Shown one piece after another: positions 61,762-64,000 of a DNA stretch of 64,000 nucleotides (position 1 is its first letter; every line of letters begins with the position of its first letter). Source of the stretch: Balanoglossus misakiensis (lineage: Eukaryota > Animalia > Hemichordata); contig CM082583.2 of assembly GCA_040954595.2 (NCBI GenBank), forward strand, positions 8,976,254 to 9,040,253, written 5' to 3'. A program made the translations under genes and the position numbers. The notes under the pieces are model-generated. The model worked only from the letters and a program-made list of their open reading frames with translations, was not told where the DNA came from and did not search any database.

Positions 61762-64000
61762 GGGTGACAGTGCACCTTCACTTCGACCAGATGATGACCA
61801 CTGTGATGCTTTCTTGGGCCTTTGTAGGCATAGACAGAGCTTTCTGCACAGTGTGAAAACACCTCTGTTGTGAATTAAAAAAAAATTCATAGAAAAGAGA
61901 ATAGTTTATTCCATGTGGAAGTAGTGTTCAATATTTTTAATAGCAACTATATATTGTGACAGAAAAAAATTCAGTGTGATCAAAAGAAATCATTCGTGCT
62001 GAAATTACTGTTTATCAAAAAAATATGTGCCCAAACATTTGGTATTGATTGGTGATAAAAGTGACAGCGGATAACCTTTTGTGTTTTCGGAGTACGGCCT
62101 CAGACTAAAGTGAGCTGACCTGTTTTTTTTTAATGCTGGTACGCTGTTGTGTTAGTGCTTATTCACATGGAAATGTATACACTGAATTGTAATAGATCCA
62201 CTTTGGTGGAGCATCAATTATTGAACAATTGCCTTTGCTTGTTTTGTGTCATTACACTTCGTAATGGTTTCACTATTTCGCCCGTTCACTTCCTCCGCTA
62301 TATGTATTGATCAGCGTTTACTTCTTTTAATTCAATTGGCGCGGACAAAAGACCCACGTTGGTGTTTGATTGAGTCGAGACTGATGTACGGCTGAGAGTG
62401 CTTTGGTAGTTTAATCACAGGCGTACCAGCCATCCAGGAATTACCGGTAGCGTTATTAAATGTATAGCTTTTTACTGGACTGTAACATTTACTTAGTTCC
62501 ATTTGGAGCAAATTGCCTTTGATTTCTTCTGGCAAAGCACACTAGCCAGGCACTAGGGCTCTCCACTGTTCAAATAAAGATTTGCACAATGATGAATGAC
62601 TGGGATTGGTTTGTTTTCAGCTCGAAACCGCTTACACTGATACAAATTTAATAAGAAGCACTTAATTTAATATCGCTGCTGTTTTTCCATTCAAGCCTGA
62701 CTGCTGCATTTGTTTTAGCGGCCTCGCGTTTGCGAGCAGCATATTTTTTCGCTTTGCGTCTCCCAATTGGCTAGGAGATCAGAATACACACTCAGTGGCG
62801 TGATCGTTAGCGATAATGGCTTTTTGCGGCTGCCCCACTGGATTTAAGGTAGGTTGTAAGCTTTCTGCAGGTTACATGCGTGAAGGTGATCAACTCGAAG
62901 CCTGGTGTTTACTCGAACGTCGGTTGAAGTGCCCGGCGTCGACGCGATCGACCACTCAGTCGCCATACATCATTCTGTTTTTATCCTCCCACAAAACGGC
63001 CAATTATTTGGATATAGTGTGAGGTCATCTTGCATGTGATGCTGAGCTTTGCATGCCCCCAGGCACTTAACAACATAAAAATAATCATATTAGTGTGTCA
63101 GAGCATGAGCGCAATGGATATTGATTTTTTTTTTTTTTGCTGGATGTGTGATGTAATTTATCCATGTCGATTTCTCAGTTGGCAGGTCATGTTGTTGAAT
63201 TTCCATGTAAAAACAGCTCGCTCTATTCAGATCATCAAAAATTTACGATGACCTTGATAATATGTATATTTTTGAAATCCCCTCAGAGTTCATTCACTGT
63301 GAGCTTTTATTTGAAGAATTCCACTCACAAAAAATAGTGATAAAAGCAAATAAAAGATAGCCCTGACGGGTGATCCGGGAGCCTGGCCTCTCAACTCCCT
63401 CCGGATGGTGCGCCATTCTCATTGAAAGAGAATCACATTAGCACAGTTTGGACAATGAAATTGAGCGCAGCATAGGTTCTCGGTAAATGTTCTGTTATTA
63501 TGTTTGGAGATGGGAAGTGTACATTTCATGCATAATTCATGCATAATTCACTCGCTGCTATTTGTACATTTTATGTGAACACTTTAAGCCGGTGTGGTTG
63601 GGATGTGCGTGACACTCGATCGCCTCGTCGTTGCGCTCTCTTTTCTGTCATCAATGTAATATCAACACATCGACGTCTCCCCCCAGTTTTTTCGAATCAC
63701 GCAGACTTCATTTTCTGTCCGGCTGTCTCTGGTCTCTTTCATTTTCATAAAATGTTATCGGCGGAGACTGGCATTTTTCATTTTGAGTGATGAGGCTGGC
63801 TGTGGTACGTATAGGGGATTAAGAGCCATTATGAGCTCGTAAGCCGTCTGAAACAAACAAATGAAAGTCATATTACGGCAGCCTTATGAAATTTACGAAA
63901 TCTGATGATGGATAATCCAATAAGCTATGTCGCTCCTGAGTGATTAAATCGTTGCTGCACTTCTGGTATTAATAACTCTTGCGACTGTCTGCTGGGTAGC

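Overview
Eukaryotic, intron-containing, AT-rich invertebrate-type genomic DNA, not a prokaryotic region. Almost all ORFs in the supplied track are chance ORFs. The one well-supported gene is the 3' end of SMG5 (nonsense-mediated decay factor, degenerate PIN domain). It has five + strand coding exons at 10225-15001 with GT-AG junctions in consistent phase, and a probable 1.5-1.8 kb 3' UTR. I found no upstream SMG5 exon in 1-10224, so that stretch is probably one large intron. From about 17 kb to 64 kb there is no recognisable coding exon; it reads like a regulatory gene desert with many homeodomain, octamer, RFX and nuclear-receptor motifs. Repeats include a structurally complete Helentron-associated non-autonomous element (HINE/DINE-1 type, about 47121-48612) with an internal 237-bp tandem array. 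There are also several older HINE remnants (one inside the putative SMG5 3' UTR), a Tourist-like MITE, two copies of an ~85-bp piggyBac-like MITE, and twelve long G/C homopolymers. I cannot demonstrate a new biological system from sequence alone. The best leads are the transposon-borne triple nuclear-receptor half-site array, SMG5 as a possible bystander gene in a regulatory block, and the clustered RFX sites. Repeat style suggests a marine invertebrate such as a hemichordate, but this is an unverified impression.
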